A DNA stretch of 61,773 nucleotides from Patescibacteria group bacterium. Its GTDB lineage: Bacteria > Patescibacteriota > Patescibacteriia > 2-12-FULL-60-25. The stretch is taken from contig JAGOQY010000001.1 of NCBI GenBank assembly GCA_018063125.1, positions 1 to 61,773 of the forward strand. The letters run 5' to 3'. The position numbers and the translations under genes are program-made. Numbering within the stretch: the stretch's first letter is position 1; each line of letters opens with the position of its first letter. The notes under the pieces were generated by a model. That model was given only the letters and a program-made list of their open reading frames with translations, was not told the DNA's origin and did not search any database. Positions 44,657 to 53,780 of the stretch are shown here, in pieces.

Positions 44657-46402
44657 ATGCCAAAGCGCTGGGTGTTGCCGGAGGAACGGCGAATGGATGT
44701 CGCGGCGCTTGCGAGTGCCGCGGGAGGACCGGATTTGCATCCGATTGGATTGGCGTTGTTTGCGCGACGTGGACTGACGACGCAAGAGGAAATTGATTTG
44801 TTTCTTTCTCCCGAGTGGGAAGGTGGTGTCCATGACCCGGCGTTGTTTCGCGGTATGCCGGCGGCGGTTGAACGGATTTTTTTTGCATTGGAAAACGGAG
44901 AGCAGATTACGGTTCATGGAGACTATGATGCGGATGGTGTGACGGGGAGTGCCGTTTTGATCACGACATTGAGAGAGCTCGCATCGCGGATGAAATCTTC
45001 GGCGAAGATCGACGCGTATATTCCGCATCGCGATAAAGAAGGATACGGATTACACCCCGCGACAATCGATGTGTTGTCTGCCCGCGGAACGAATTTAATT
45101 ATCACGGTTGATTGTGGAATTGCGTGCGTTGATGAAATTACGTACGCCAAAGAAAAACAGATCGACACAATCGTCGTCGATCATCATCAGTTCGGCGAAA
45201 CACTCCCGGATGGAATCTTGATTCATCCGAAACTTCCCGGAGAGTCGTATCCGTTCCCGCATCTCGCCGCCGTCGGTGTGGCATGGAAGCTTGCGTGCGG
45301 ATTGCTCGGTGAAGCGAAGAAGCGAGAGTTGGGAATCCCAGACGGCTGGGAAAAATGGCTTCTCGATCTTGTGGCGATCGCCACGGTGACAGATATGGTT
45401 CCTCTTGTCGGAGAGAATCGCGTGTTGGAGCGTTACGGCTTGATGGTGATGAATAAGACCAAACGACCAGGAATGAAAGCGCTTCTGAACGTCGCGGGGA
45501 TGGAAGGAAAAAATATTGATAGCGAAACCATCGGATTTACGATCGGTCCACGGATCAATGCGGCAGGAAGAATGGATCATGCACTTCTCGCGTTGAATTT
45601 GTTGCTTTCAGAGAACGATGAAGAGGCTACACGCCTCGCAGAAGATTTGGAGGCATGTAATCGAGCGCGGCAAAAGATGACCAAACAGATGATGGATCAA
45701 GCCGCAGAGCAGATCGAGGCGACGGAGGATGATTCGATCGTTGTCCTCCATGCGGAGAATTGGTCCCCTTCGTTGGTTGGTTTGGTTGCGGGTCGGTATC
45801 TCGATCAAACCGGCAAGCCAACAATTGCGATTGGCCGTCATGAAGATCGTTGGGTTGGCTCGGGTCGATCATTTGCGGCGTACGACATTACCGAAGCTGT
45901 GAAGCGCGCCGGAGAAGGTTGGCTCACGCATGCAGGTGGTCACGTCCAAGCGTGTGGATTTTCATTTAGTAAAGAAGGCGCCCTCGAAATATTCATTGAA
46001 GCATTGCGAAAAGATGCGATTGAACGATTGAAAGATGCAGATCTTTCTCCGATTCTTCCGGTTGATGCAGAAATTACGTTGGAAGATGTGGATTGGCGAT
46101 TGATTGAAACCGTTCAGCGTTTTGAACCGTTTGGAGAGGGGAATCGACGTCCGGTGTTTGTTTCTCGTGGCCTCGAGGTCGCTTCTATCGCGCTCATGGG
46201 CTCTACACAGAATCACGTTCGCGCCATTCTGCGTTCCCCAGGCGGGCGTATGCAGCCGTTTATCGGATTCAAGTTCGGTCCGCGAATCGAAGAGTTTCAG
46301 CTCGGAAGCAAGATCGATGTCGCGTATGACGTTGGAATCAACGAATGGAACGGAAGAAAGGATATCCAATGTAAGTTGGTTGATGTAAAATCCGCCTCAT
46401 GA
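44657..46402 (+). CDS. recJ: Single-stranded-DNA-specific exonuclease RecJ
   Basis: HGDYDADGVTG, VDCG, VVDHH, GPRINAAGR, GGH..A.G. Confidence 0.9.
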   Translation: MPKRWVLPEERRMDVAALASAAGGPDLHPIGLALFARRGLTTQEEIDLFLSPEWEGGVHDPALFRGMPAAVERIFFALENGEQITVHGDYDADGVTGSAVLITTLRELASRMKSSAKIDAYIPHRDKEGYGLHPATIDVLSARGTNLIITVDCGIACVDEITYAKEKQIDTIVVDHHQFGETLPDGILIHPKLPGESYPFPHLAAVGVAWKLACGLLGEAKKRELGIPDGWEKWLLDLVAIATVTDMVPLVGENRVLERYGLMVMNKTKRPGMKALLNVAGMEGKNIDSETIGFTIGPRINAAGRMDHALLALNLLLSENDEEATRLAEDLEACNRARQKMTKQMMDQAAEQIEATEDDSIVVLHAENWSPSLVGLVAGRYLDQTGKPTIAIGRHEDRWVGSGRSFAAYDITEAVKRAGEGWLTHAGGHVQACGFSFSKEGALEIFIEALRKDAIERLKDADLSPILPVDAEITLEDVDWRLIETVQRFEPFGEGNRRPVFVSRGLEVASIALMGSTQNHVRAILRSPGGRMQPFIGFKFGPRIEEFQLGSKIDVAYDVGINEWNGRKDIQCKLVDVKSAS

Positions 46403-48186
46403 GTGAGGCTTCGAGTCCTGTTCAGAAAACACATGGAATTGCGGATGTCCCGCGATTTTTTTGGACGCGTATTCGTTCACGCTTCGGTCTGGTGTTCGCT
46501 GTGCTGTTTTTCGGAGCGATCGGGGAAGTCTTGCGCAGTGTCATCGCTCCGATTTGGCTGAAGAAGTTCGTCGATACGGTGACGAATGTCGCCACGCTTT
46601 CGGACCCTGTCCAAACCTCGCTTCTCGTTCTTCTCACGGCGGCCGGGATTCGCGTACTCGGGACTCTGTTTAATCATATAAAATTTCTTTGTAATACCAA
46701 GCTACAGCCCGTCGTCATGCACGAGATGCTTGGTGATGCGATGGAAAAGACTTTGCGTCTTTCGCATCGTTTTTTCGCGGATAACTTTTCTGGTGCGCTG
46801 ATCCGAAAGATCACACGCATCGCGGGAAATTTCGAGTCTCTGATGGATATCGCGATGACAGATATCTGGGGGATCCTTCTTTCCATTGGGGGAATTTTGA
46901 TTGTCGTGACACCGCGCTTTCCGCTCATCGCATTGCTTATTGTGGGATGGATGATTCTTACGGTCCTCGTAAAGACGCTGTGGATTCGCCATCGAACACC
47001 GTATTTCGCCGAATATTCGCGTCTCGATTCGTTGGCTGGCGGGATGATGACGGAAGCATTTACGAATGTGAGTACGGTTCAATCATTCGCCAGAACTTCA
47101 TCTGAGGTTTCGAATTTTATTCGTGCGGATAAAAAGGCGACCGTTCAGATGGTTCAGAATTGGATCGCGCATGCGCATGTTGATCTCATTAATTTTGCAT
47201 TGAACTTAGTTCTGGAAGTTGCGGCTATGGGAAGTATGATCTCTCTCCTTGTCGCGGGTGACGCAACGGTCGGAGATCTCGTTCTCGTGCAAAGTTTTCT
47301 CGCCATTGCATTTACGAAGTTGGAATATATCGGACGTCTCCTGCGCCGTGGGTCAGAAGCGGCAACGCAGATCGCGGAGGCGCTTGATGTGATGGATCGG
47401 GTTCCGGAGATTCAGGATGTACCGAATGCGAAAAAACTGCGTGTCACGAAAGGGGAGATTGTTTTTTCCGATGCATCTTTCGGCTATCTGGATGAAGCCA
47501 TGATTCGAGCATTGAATCTGACAATCGCCTCGAAAGAACGAATCGGGCTCGTGGGGCCATCCGGTGCGGGAAAATCAACTCTGACAAAACTGCTTTTGCG
47601 GTTTTATGACGTTCAAAGCGGAGAAATTCGCATTGACGGACAGAATATTTCTGAGGTCACTCAAGAGAGTCTTCGAAAATCGATCGCGTATGTTTCGCAA
47701 GAGCCCGTGCTCTTCCATCGTTCGTTGTATGAAAATATTGCGTACGGAAAGCCAGGAGCTTCCATGAAAGAGGTTATCGCTGCCGCGAAAAAAGCGCACT
47801 GTCATGAATTTATTACGGCACTTCCAGAGGGATACGAATCCACGGTGGGTGAGCGGGGCGTAAAACTTTCTGGAGGTGAGCGTCAACGCGTGGCGATCGC
47901 CAGAGCGATTTTGAAAGATGCGCCGATTCTCATGCTGGATGAGGCAACGTCTTCGCTTGATTCCGAATCAGAGGCATTGATTCAGGATGCACTCAGTTCT
48001 CTCATGAGAGATAAGACCGTAATCGTGATCGCGCATCGACTTTCAACAATCATGCAGATGGATCGAATTATTGTCATTGAACAGGGTGGCATCACGGATA
48101 CGGGCACACATAACGAGCTCTTGAAAAAAGTTGGGATGTATCAAAAACTGTGGGGCATTCAGGCGGGAAGTTTTCAAACGACATGA
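46399..48186 (+). CDS. ABC transporter, fused permease/ATPase (MsbA-type exporter)
   Basis: 6-TM N-terminal half, GPSGAGKST, LSGGERQRVAIAR, LMLDEATSSLD. ATGA overlap with recJ. Confidence 0.9.
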   Translation: MSEASSPVQKTHGIADVPRFFWTRIRSRFGLVFAVLFFGAIGEVLRSVIAPIWLKKFVDTVTNVATLSDPVQTSLLVLLTAAGIRVLGTLFNHIKFLCNTKLQPVVMHEMLGDAMEKTLRLSHRFFADNFSGALIRKITRIAGNFESLMDIAMTDIWGILLSIGGILIVVTPRFPLIALLIVGWMILTVLVKTLWIRHRTPYFAEYSRLDSLAGGMMTEAFTNVSTVQSFARTSSEVSNFIRADKKATVQMVQNWIAHAHVDLINFALNLVLEVAAMGSMISLLVAGDATVGDLVLVQSFLAIAFTKLEYIGRLLRRGSEAATQIAEALDVMDRVPEIQDVPNAKKLRVTKGEIVFSDASFGYLDEAMIRALNLTIASKERIGLVGPSGAGKSTLTKLLLRFYDVQSGEIRIDGQNISEVTQESLRKSIAYVSQEPVLFHRSLYENIAYGKPGASMKEVIAAAKKAHCHEFITALPEGYESTVGERGVKLSGGERQRVAIARAILKDAPILMLDEATSSLDSESEALIQDALSSLMRDKTVIVIAHRLSTIMQMDRIIVIEQGGITDTGTHNELLKKVGMYQKLWGIQAGSFQTT

Positions 48187-48602
48187 AACTCATTATCTAC
48201 ACCGACGGTGGCGCACGAGGGAATCCGGGACCGGCAGGTATTGGTGTGGTCGTGAAAGATGAAGAGGGGAAAATTTTGGAGGAGCACGCCGTCTACCTCG
48301 GTCCGACGACGAATAATCAGGCCGAATATCGAGCCGTGATTTTGGCGTTGGAGCGAGCGTTGGCGCTCGGAGCGACGTTTGTGGAGGTCCGTTCAGACAG
48401 TGAATTGACCATGAAACAGGCGAGCGGGGAGTACAAGGTGAAAAATGCGGAATTAGGAAAGAGATATTTGGAATTAAAGAATTTGGAAACACAGTTGGGC
48501 GGAAACGTGCGATATCGGCATGTTCGTCGTGAGCTGAATACGGAGGCGGATCATCTCTCAAACGTCGCGATGGATGAGGGGACAGGAAAACGGAAGAAAT
48601 AA
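48183..48602 (+). CDS. rnhA: Ribonuclease HI
   Basis: IYTDGGARGNPGPAGIG, NNQAEYRAVILALE, NTEADHLSN. ATGA overlap with the ABC gene. Confidence 0.85.
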   Translation: MKLIIYTDGGARGNPGPAGIGVVVKDEEGKILEEHAVYLGPTTNNQAEYRAVILALERALALGATFVEVRSDSELTMKQASGEYKVKNAELGKRYLELKNLETQLGGNVRYRHVRRELNTEADHLSNVAMDEGTGKRKK

Positions 48603-48634
48603 GCCTGTGGATAACGGCAAGGAAGACGATTTTT

Positions 48635-50551
48635 GTGATACACTCAGGAGGAATGCTGACCTCTCCGCGTCGAACCGTCTCGACCAAACGCCGCGCCGCT
48701 GAACCAACGGGTTTTTCGCGTCCGTCATGGCTTTGGCGATGGCACCATCTCATCTCTGGATTCGTATTGTTTTTTGGAGTCGGGATGATGCTTGGTGCAT
48801 TTCAATACAGCACGGTTAAATTTCCCGCAGTCGCCTCAGCAAGTGAAAATCTCACGGGATGGATTTGGGCGGATCCGGCTGGATGGATTTCGGTGAATAG
48901 CGATAACCCGTGTACAGGATCTTGCGGATCGTACGGCGTGAACATGACCTCGCCCGCGCGAACGATTACGGGATTTGCGTGGTCAGATGTTTCTGGATGG
49001 ATTTGTTTTGGAGCTTCTTGCAGCGCTGTCCCTGCATGTTCCGGAACTCCTCCGGCGGGCGCGTTGACGGCGTATGCCGACACGGGTGCAGGAACGGCTC
49101 AGCTCCACGGATGGGCAAAAATTTGCAATCAAGGAAACGATGGGTGGATCTCGTTGAACTGTACGGATGTGGCTGGCGCGTGTGTGGCGGCAACTCCGTA
49201 TTATCGCGTGGTTTTTAATCCGTCGTCTGGATATTTTTCTGATGCAGGTGTATCGGGAACATCTTTTGCGTGGAATGGAACAAGCATCGGAACGGGATTT
49301 GGATACATGGATTTTCAGGGCGTGCGTATTCGCGGAGAAGGTCCTCCGCAATGTAACGATGGATTGGATAACGACGCGAACGGACTCAGGGATTGCCAGG
49401 AATCCAGCTGTTCTGCGGAATCGAATTGCACAGAGAATCTCGTCAACGGAAATTGTGCGGATGGAATTGATAACAACTTGAATGGGCCGCGAGACTGTCA
49501 GGAAGTCGCGTGTCAGTCTGCACCGTCCTGCAATGAGTCTGCCGGAAATGGAACGACCTGTGATAACGGGTTTGATGACAACGGAAACGGTCAGATCGAT
49601 TGTCTGGAAGGGGCGTGTGCGGGATACCCGACTTGTTCACTCGCGGGTGAAGCGGCGTGTGGAACGGGATTGGATGCGTGTTGCTCCAATGGAACGGATG
49701 ACGACTCCAACGGTCCGGTCGATTGTGCGGATACGAGCTGTCTTCCAGCTCCGGTGTGTACGCCAGCTTGGCTCGCGGCAAAATTTGGAAATGTCTACGC
49801 TCAGCAGGGAATTACGGGTCAAGAACCGGTTGGTGAAGGTCAGGCAGGTTCCAGTGCAACGTATTGTCTGTCCTCACAAGGAGCGATTACAGGATTTGAA
49901 AGTGCTGCGGGTTGTACCGAATCTGGATCGCAGACGCTTGTACTCCCGAAAGAAGAAACGGGATATCAGGGAACGTTGGGGAGTCTCGATATTCCTGGAA
50001 TCATGAATGGTCGATATGGTCAGGTTGTGACGTTCACTGGCGTGATTCCGGATGTGTTGGATGGAAAAGTGTACAAAGCAACGGGAAATATCGCGCTCGG
50101 TGCACGCCAATTTCGCAATGGAACCGGTGCGACGCAACGTGGAAACGGACTTCTGATTGTTGAAGGTGATCTTACGATCACGGGGAATCTTTCATATCAA
50201 TCAAACACACTTTCGCAGTATCTTCGAAATCTTGCCTCGTTTGGCGTCATCGTGAAGAAACGTTCAGATGGAACCGGAGGAAATATTTACATTCAACCTG
50301 GCGTGACGGATTTAGTGGGAGCCTATTTTGCTGAAGATACGATTTATACGGGAACGGTCGCCGTGGGAACGGATCAGCCGTTGCGCGTGCTTGGGTTAAT
50401 GGCCGCCTATCGGATGAATCTTCAGCGGAATTATCGCGATCCGGTTCGTGCGGCGGAAGAGATTGTGTTTGATGGTCGTGCGGTTGCGAACCCACCACCA
50501 GGGATGCAAGAAGTTTCTCAGTCTCTTCCAACGTCACGTGACGCCTTCTGA
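48635..50551 (+). CDS. Membrane-anchored repeat protein (638 aa): 4 Trp/Gly repeats plus 4 Cys/Asp-rich repeats; pilus-operon associated
   Basis: TM at roughly aa 35-57. GW-type repeats at aa 73-228. Four 26-aa C-x-[DN]-G-x-D-[DN][DN]-x-[DN]-G-x2-D-C repeats at aa 240-375. Stop codon lies 1 nt before pilM. GTG start at 48635 or ATG at 48653. Confidence 0.75.
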   Translation: MIHSGGMLTSPRRTVSTKRRAAEPTGFSRPSWLWRWHHLISGFVLFFGVGMMLGAFQYSTVKFPAVASASENLTGWIWADPAGWISVNSDNPCTGSCGSYGVNMTSPARTITGFAWSDVSGWICFGASCSAVPACSGTPPAGALTAYADTGAGTAQLHGWAKICNQGNDGWISLNCTDVAGACVAATPYYRVVFNPSSGYFSDAGVSGTSFAWNGTSIGTGFGYMDFQGVRIRGEGPPQCNDGLDNDANGLRDCQESSCSAESNCTENLVNGNCADGIDNNLNGPRDCQEVACQSAPSCNESAGNGTTCDNGFDDNGNGQIDCLEGACAGYPTCSLAGEAACGTGLDACCSNGTDDDSNGPVDCADTSCLPAPVCTPAWLAAKFGNVYAQQGITGQEPVGEGQAGSSATYCLSSQGAITGFESAAGCTESGSQTLVLPKEETGYQGTLGSLDIPGIMNGRYGQVVTFTGVIPDVLDGKVYKATGNIALGARQFRNGTGATQRGNGLLIVEGDLTITGNLSYQSNTLSQYLRNLASFGVIVKKRSDGTGGNIYIQPGVTDLVGAYFAEDTIYTGTVAVGTDQPLRVLGLMAAYRMNLQRNYRDPVRAAEEIVFDGRAVANPPPGMQEVSQSLPTSRDAF

Positions 50552-50552
50552 T

Positions 50553-51620
50553 ATGGGTTTTTTCTCCAAAGCACCACAAAAACAAAGCTACATCGGCCTC
50601 GACATCGGAATGTCGGGGATCAAACTTGTTGAGCTCATGAACGAAAAGGGGCGTGCCCGTCTGGTGACCTACGCGTACTCAGAACTTCCGACAACGTTCG
50701 AGAGAGCGTTCACGGATGATGCGGACAAGATGGCGACATTCCTGAAAAAGATGATCGCTCAAGCAAAGTGCACGACGAAAACGACGATCTCTGCGTTGCC
50801 GATTTCATCCGTGTTCTCTTCGATTATCAGCGTTCCTGCGGCAAATGAAAAAGAATTAAAGGAGGCGATTCTCTGGCAAGCGAAAAAGTTGATTCCGGTT
50901 CCGCTCGAAGAAATCTCGTTGGACTCGAAAACGATTGATAGCGCGTCCGGTTCTGAAGCAGGAAAGAAGGTGACGCGTGTGTTGCTGACAGGCGCGCCAA
51001 AAAACTTGGTCGACAAGTACATCTCGTTGATGAAGAAGGTTGGACTGGAATTGATTTCACTCGAAACCGAAGCATTTGCGCAGATTCGCTCGCTCATCGG
51101 AAAAGATCGTTCGAGCATCATGGTGATTGATATTGGAGCGGCGAGAACGAACATCTCGATCATCGAACGTGGGATTCCGTTTCTGAATCGTTCGATCGCG
51201 ACGGGTGGATTGGCGATCACACAGACCATTTCTAAGACGCTGAGTATCACTGCTGAGCAGGCTGAAGCGATGAAGCGCGATATTCGCGCGATGCAGACGT
51301 TTGCGCAGGCGGGAGATCTCAATCCGATTTTGACAACGCTTTTGAAGCCGATTCTCGACGAAATCCGATACTCATTCAATTTGTATCAAGGTCAAACGGA
51401 AGACGGACAGCAAAAGCGCATCGATAAAATCATCCTCACGGGTGGTGGAGCACTTCTCCCGAATCTTCCCGAGTTTCTGACATCACTCATGAACGTGAAT
51501 ACGTATCTGGGTGATCCGTGGGCGCGAATTGTGTATCCGACAGACTTGCGTCCGATTCTGGATGAGATTGGTCCGCGGTTCAGCGTTTCGATCGGGTGTG
51601 CCATGAGAGATATCGAATAA
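50553..51620 (+). CDS. pilM: Type IV pilus assembly protein PilM (actin-like ATPase fold)
   Basis: YIGLDIGMSGIKLVEL, ...VIDIGAARTNISI..., ILTGGGALLPNL. Confidence 0.85.
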   Translation: MGFFSKAPQKQSYIGLDIGMSGIKLVELMNEKGRARLVTYAYSELPTTFERAFTDDADKMATFLKKMIAQAKCTTKTTISALPISSVFSSIISVPAANEKELKEAILWQAKKLIPVPLEEISLDSKTIDSASGSEAGKKVTRVLLTGAPKNLVDKYISLMKKVGLELISLETEAFAQIRSLIGKDRSSIMVIDIGAARTNISIIERGIPFLNRSIATGGLAITQTISKTLSITAEQAEAMKRDIRAMQTFAQAGDLNPILTTLLKPILDEIRYSFNLYQGQTEDGQQKRIDKIILTGGGALLPNLPEFLTSLMNVNTYLGDPWARIVYPTDLRPILDEIGPRFSVSIGCAMRDIE

Positions 51621-51625
51621 TCAAC

Positions 51626-52729
51626 ATGTCTGATGGAATCTCGCTCCTCCCAGAGGAACAGCGAAAAAAAGAAGACCTGATGAAGAGCGCCGCTGCGGCA
51701 AAGCCTCAAGCCGCAAAGGAGCTCTCGTTTTCGATTCCAAAAGAAGAAGGGGATGACATCGAAATCATCGAGATTGATGAAGGAGAGATCGAGCAGGTGC
51801 TTGAGAGTGAGCCACCACTGACACGTTTTATCTACAAAGCGACATCGTTTTTTGATGAGCTTCGCGAGAAAATGTTTCAGCCGCAGGAATCCGAGCCGCC
51901 ACCGAAACTTCCCCCGCAATTCTTCACCCCACCAAAGCCGGCCGCGAAACCCGTCACTCCATCCGCTCCAGGAGCCGCGCCCGCGCCGGTCCCGTCTGGA
52001 GCTCAGGCCGCTGTGGCGGTGCCAGCAGGAGCGAAGCCTCAGCCCTTGTCCGCTTCGCTGAAAACGAAGGCTGTCGTGAAACCGTTTAAAGCGACTCCGC
52101 GGCGTGTGCGCGTCATCAAGCGTGTTCGCAAACCAATTCACGTGAGCTTTGTTTCGGAGAATGATCTTCAGCTCATGCGGGTCGATATTCCGCGTCGCCA
52201 GTTCACACTTGTCGGGCTCGTTGTCTTGCTGGGGATTTTGGTTGGGGGGAGCGCGTATGCGTTGAACAATCAGTCGACTTCTGCAAAATCCGAGCTCGCG
52301 AAAGCGGATGCTCAGCTCACTTCTGTACGTGGAGAGATCCAATCAAAGTTGGGAGATTGGAAAACGTTTCAAAACTTGGAACCAAAACTTCGTGCGCTGT
52401 CTGGATTGTTGGATGCGCACCTTTCTCCGATGCAGTTATTGGAACGCATCGAGCAGGCAACGCTCCCGACGGTCACGTATCAATCATTCAGTTTAAGTCC
52501 GGATAAACGAGTGACGTTATCGGTGACATCGGATGGATTTGAAACGGCGGCGGCGCAGGTTGCGTTATTTCAGCGCTCTGATTTTGTGAAAAAGGTTGAA
52601 GCGACGGGATACACGGCATCGTATGATCCTCCGGATGCTCCACGTCCAAAATCTGTTGAGTTCCAAATGATCGTGACGTTGAACGACGAGATCCTGCTCG
52701 TTTCACCGCCGGTTGCGGCCGCGAACTAA
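51626..52729 (+). CDS. pilN: PilN-like pilus assembly protein with a long Pro-rich insertion
   Basis: N-terminal ISLLPEEQRKKE (PilM-binding type). TM only at roughly aa 195-215 (FTLVGLVVLLGILVGG). PilN-like periplasmic part. Confidence 0.7.
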   Translation: MSDGISLLPEEQRKKEDLMKSAAAAKPQAAKELSFSIPKEEGDDIEIIEIDEGEIEQVLESEPPLTRFIYKATSFFDELREKMFQPQESEPPPKLPPQFFTPPKPAAKPVTPSAPGAAPAPVPSGAQAAVAVPAGAKPQPLSASLKTKAVVKPFKATPRRVRVIKRVRKPIHVSFVSENDLQLMRVDIPRRQFTLVGLVVLLGILVGGSAYALNNQSTSAKSELAKADAQLTSVRGEIQSKLGDWKTFQNLEPKLRALSGLLDAHLSPMQLLERIEQATLPTVTYQSFSLSPDKRVTLSVTSDGFETAAAQVALFQRSDFVKKVEATGYTASYDPPDAPRPKSVEFQMIVTLNDEILLVSPPVAAAN

Positions 52730-52730
52730 T

Positions 52731-53411
52731 ATGCCGGAAGAACTCACACAAAATCTGATCGCCGGCAATGAAGGAGAAGCTTCTACGCCAGAGATCGAAC
52801 CGCAGAAAAAGCCGGAAAAAACATTCCGGCCATCTCCATATTTTGTGGAATACTATGGAGCGATTGTTCTCCTCGTGATCGGATTGGCTGTGGCTTCTTC
52901 TGTTGTTTTTCTTCGCCCAATCATTACAGAGATCAAGGCCGTGAATGCTGAAATCGAACAACGTATTCTCACGCTCGAAGACGAGCGTCGATATCTCTCC
53001 ACACTTGAGCAGTCGGTCGCCGCCGCGCAGTCGATCCCATCAGACACGCTTCAGAAAGTGGAAACCGCGTTGCCGGATGAATCTTCGATTCCATCGCTCT
53101 TGCTTCAGTTCGGTGATGCGGCCGGACGTCACGGGTTGAAGATCGATAACATCAGCTTCACAGATATTCGTCCGTTGGGAACAGGACCGGGCGTCAGAGC
53201 CACGTCAACGAATGTGTTGCCGGTTGATATTACGGTCGCGCTTCGTGCGCGGAACTATCTCGATGTGAAACGATTTTTGACGGATGTGGAATCGAGTTTG
53301 CGTCTTCTCGATGTGACGGGAATGTCCTCCGGTGTCACGGGTAGTGAGCTCGCCTACACGTTGCAGTTTCGCGCGTACGTGTTTTCTCCACAGACTCGAC
53401 CAACGCCATGA
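52731..53411 (+). CDS. pilO: PilO-like pilus assembly protein
   Basis: One TM, coiled coil (ITEIKAVNAEIEQRILTLEDERRYL), then a ferredoxin-like C-terminal part. Position after pilN. Confidence 0.6.
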   Translation: MPEELTQNLIAGNEGEASTPEIEPQKKPEKTFRPSPYFVEYYGAIVLLVIGLAVASSVVFLRPIITEIKAVNAEIEQRILTLEDERRYLSTLEQSVAAAQSIPSDTLQKVETALPDESSIPSLLLQFGDAAGRHGLKIDNISFTDIRPLGTGPGVRATSTNVLPVDITVALRARNYLDVKRFLTDVESSLRLLDVTGMSSGVTGSELAYTLQFRAYVFSPQTRPTP

Positions 53412-53779
53412 GCAATCACATCGCACCCTCCATTTTTTCGCGCCTCCTGATGGTGGTCGCCGGGCTTTTGGTGATCGTGTTTACGTATTGGATGATTGCG
53501 ACGCTCGTGGCGCCTGGCGTCGCGCCAACCCCGCCCGGCTCGCGCGGATCGGTGATATTTGATGCAAAATTGGACGTTTCTCGCAACGAGACATTTTTTC
53601 GCATGAGACCGCTCGGTCCGCTGGATCCGAATCGCCCGACGACGGGCCGTCCAAATCCGTTTGTCCCGCCGGTTGCGCCAACACTCGCAACATCGACGCT
53701 TCCAGCGCTCGTTCCAACGACAACCGAGTCGATCGTCATTCTTCCCACCACCTCCACGTCGCCGGAGCTCTCGCAATAA
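53408..53779 (+). CDS. Small single-TM Pro-rich protein in the pilMNO operon (positional analog of PilP)
   Basis: ATGA overlap with pilO. TM LLMVVAGLLVIVFTYWMIATL. ...RPNPFVPP... Confidence 0.5.
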   Translation: MSNHIAPSIFSRLLMVVAGLLVIVFTYWMIATLVAPGVAPTPPGSRGSVIFDAKLDVSRNETFFRMRPLGPLDPNRPTTGRPNPFVPPVAPTLATSTLPALVPTTTESIVILPTTSTSPELSQ

Positions 53780-53780
53780 T

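Noticed and set aside
44539-44796. 85-aa ORF overlapping the recJ start
   Set aside because: It runs out of frame into well-supported recJ coding sequence and has a Gly/Cys/Arg-rich composition. The 32-codon hydrophobic ORF in another frame is the more credible small gene there.
51392-52342. 316-aa minus-strand ORF across the pilM end and pilN
   Set aside because: It is antisense to the Pro/Ala-rich PilN spacer, which gives a Gly/Arg/Trp-rich shadow frame. It has no motif and no SD. The plus-strand genes fit the pilMNO order with coupled stops and starts.
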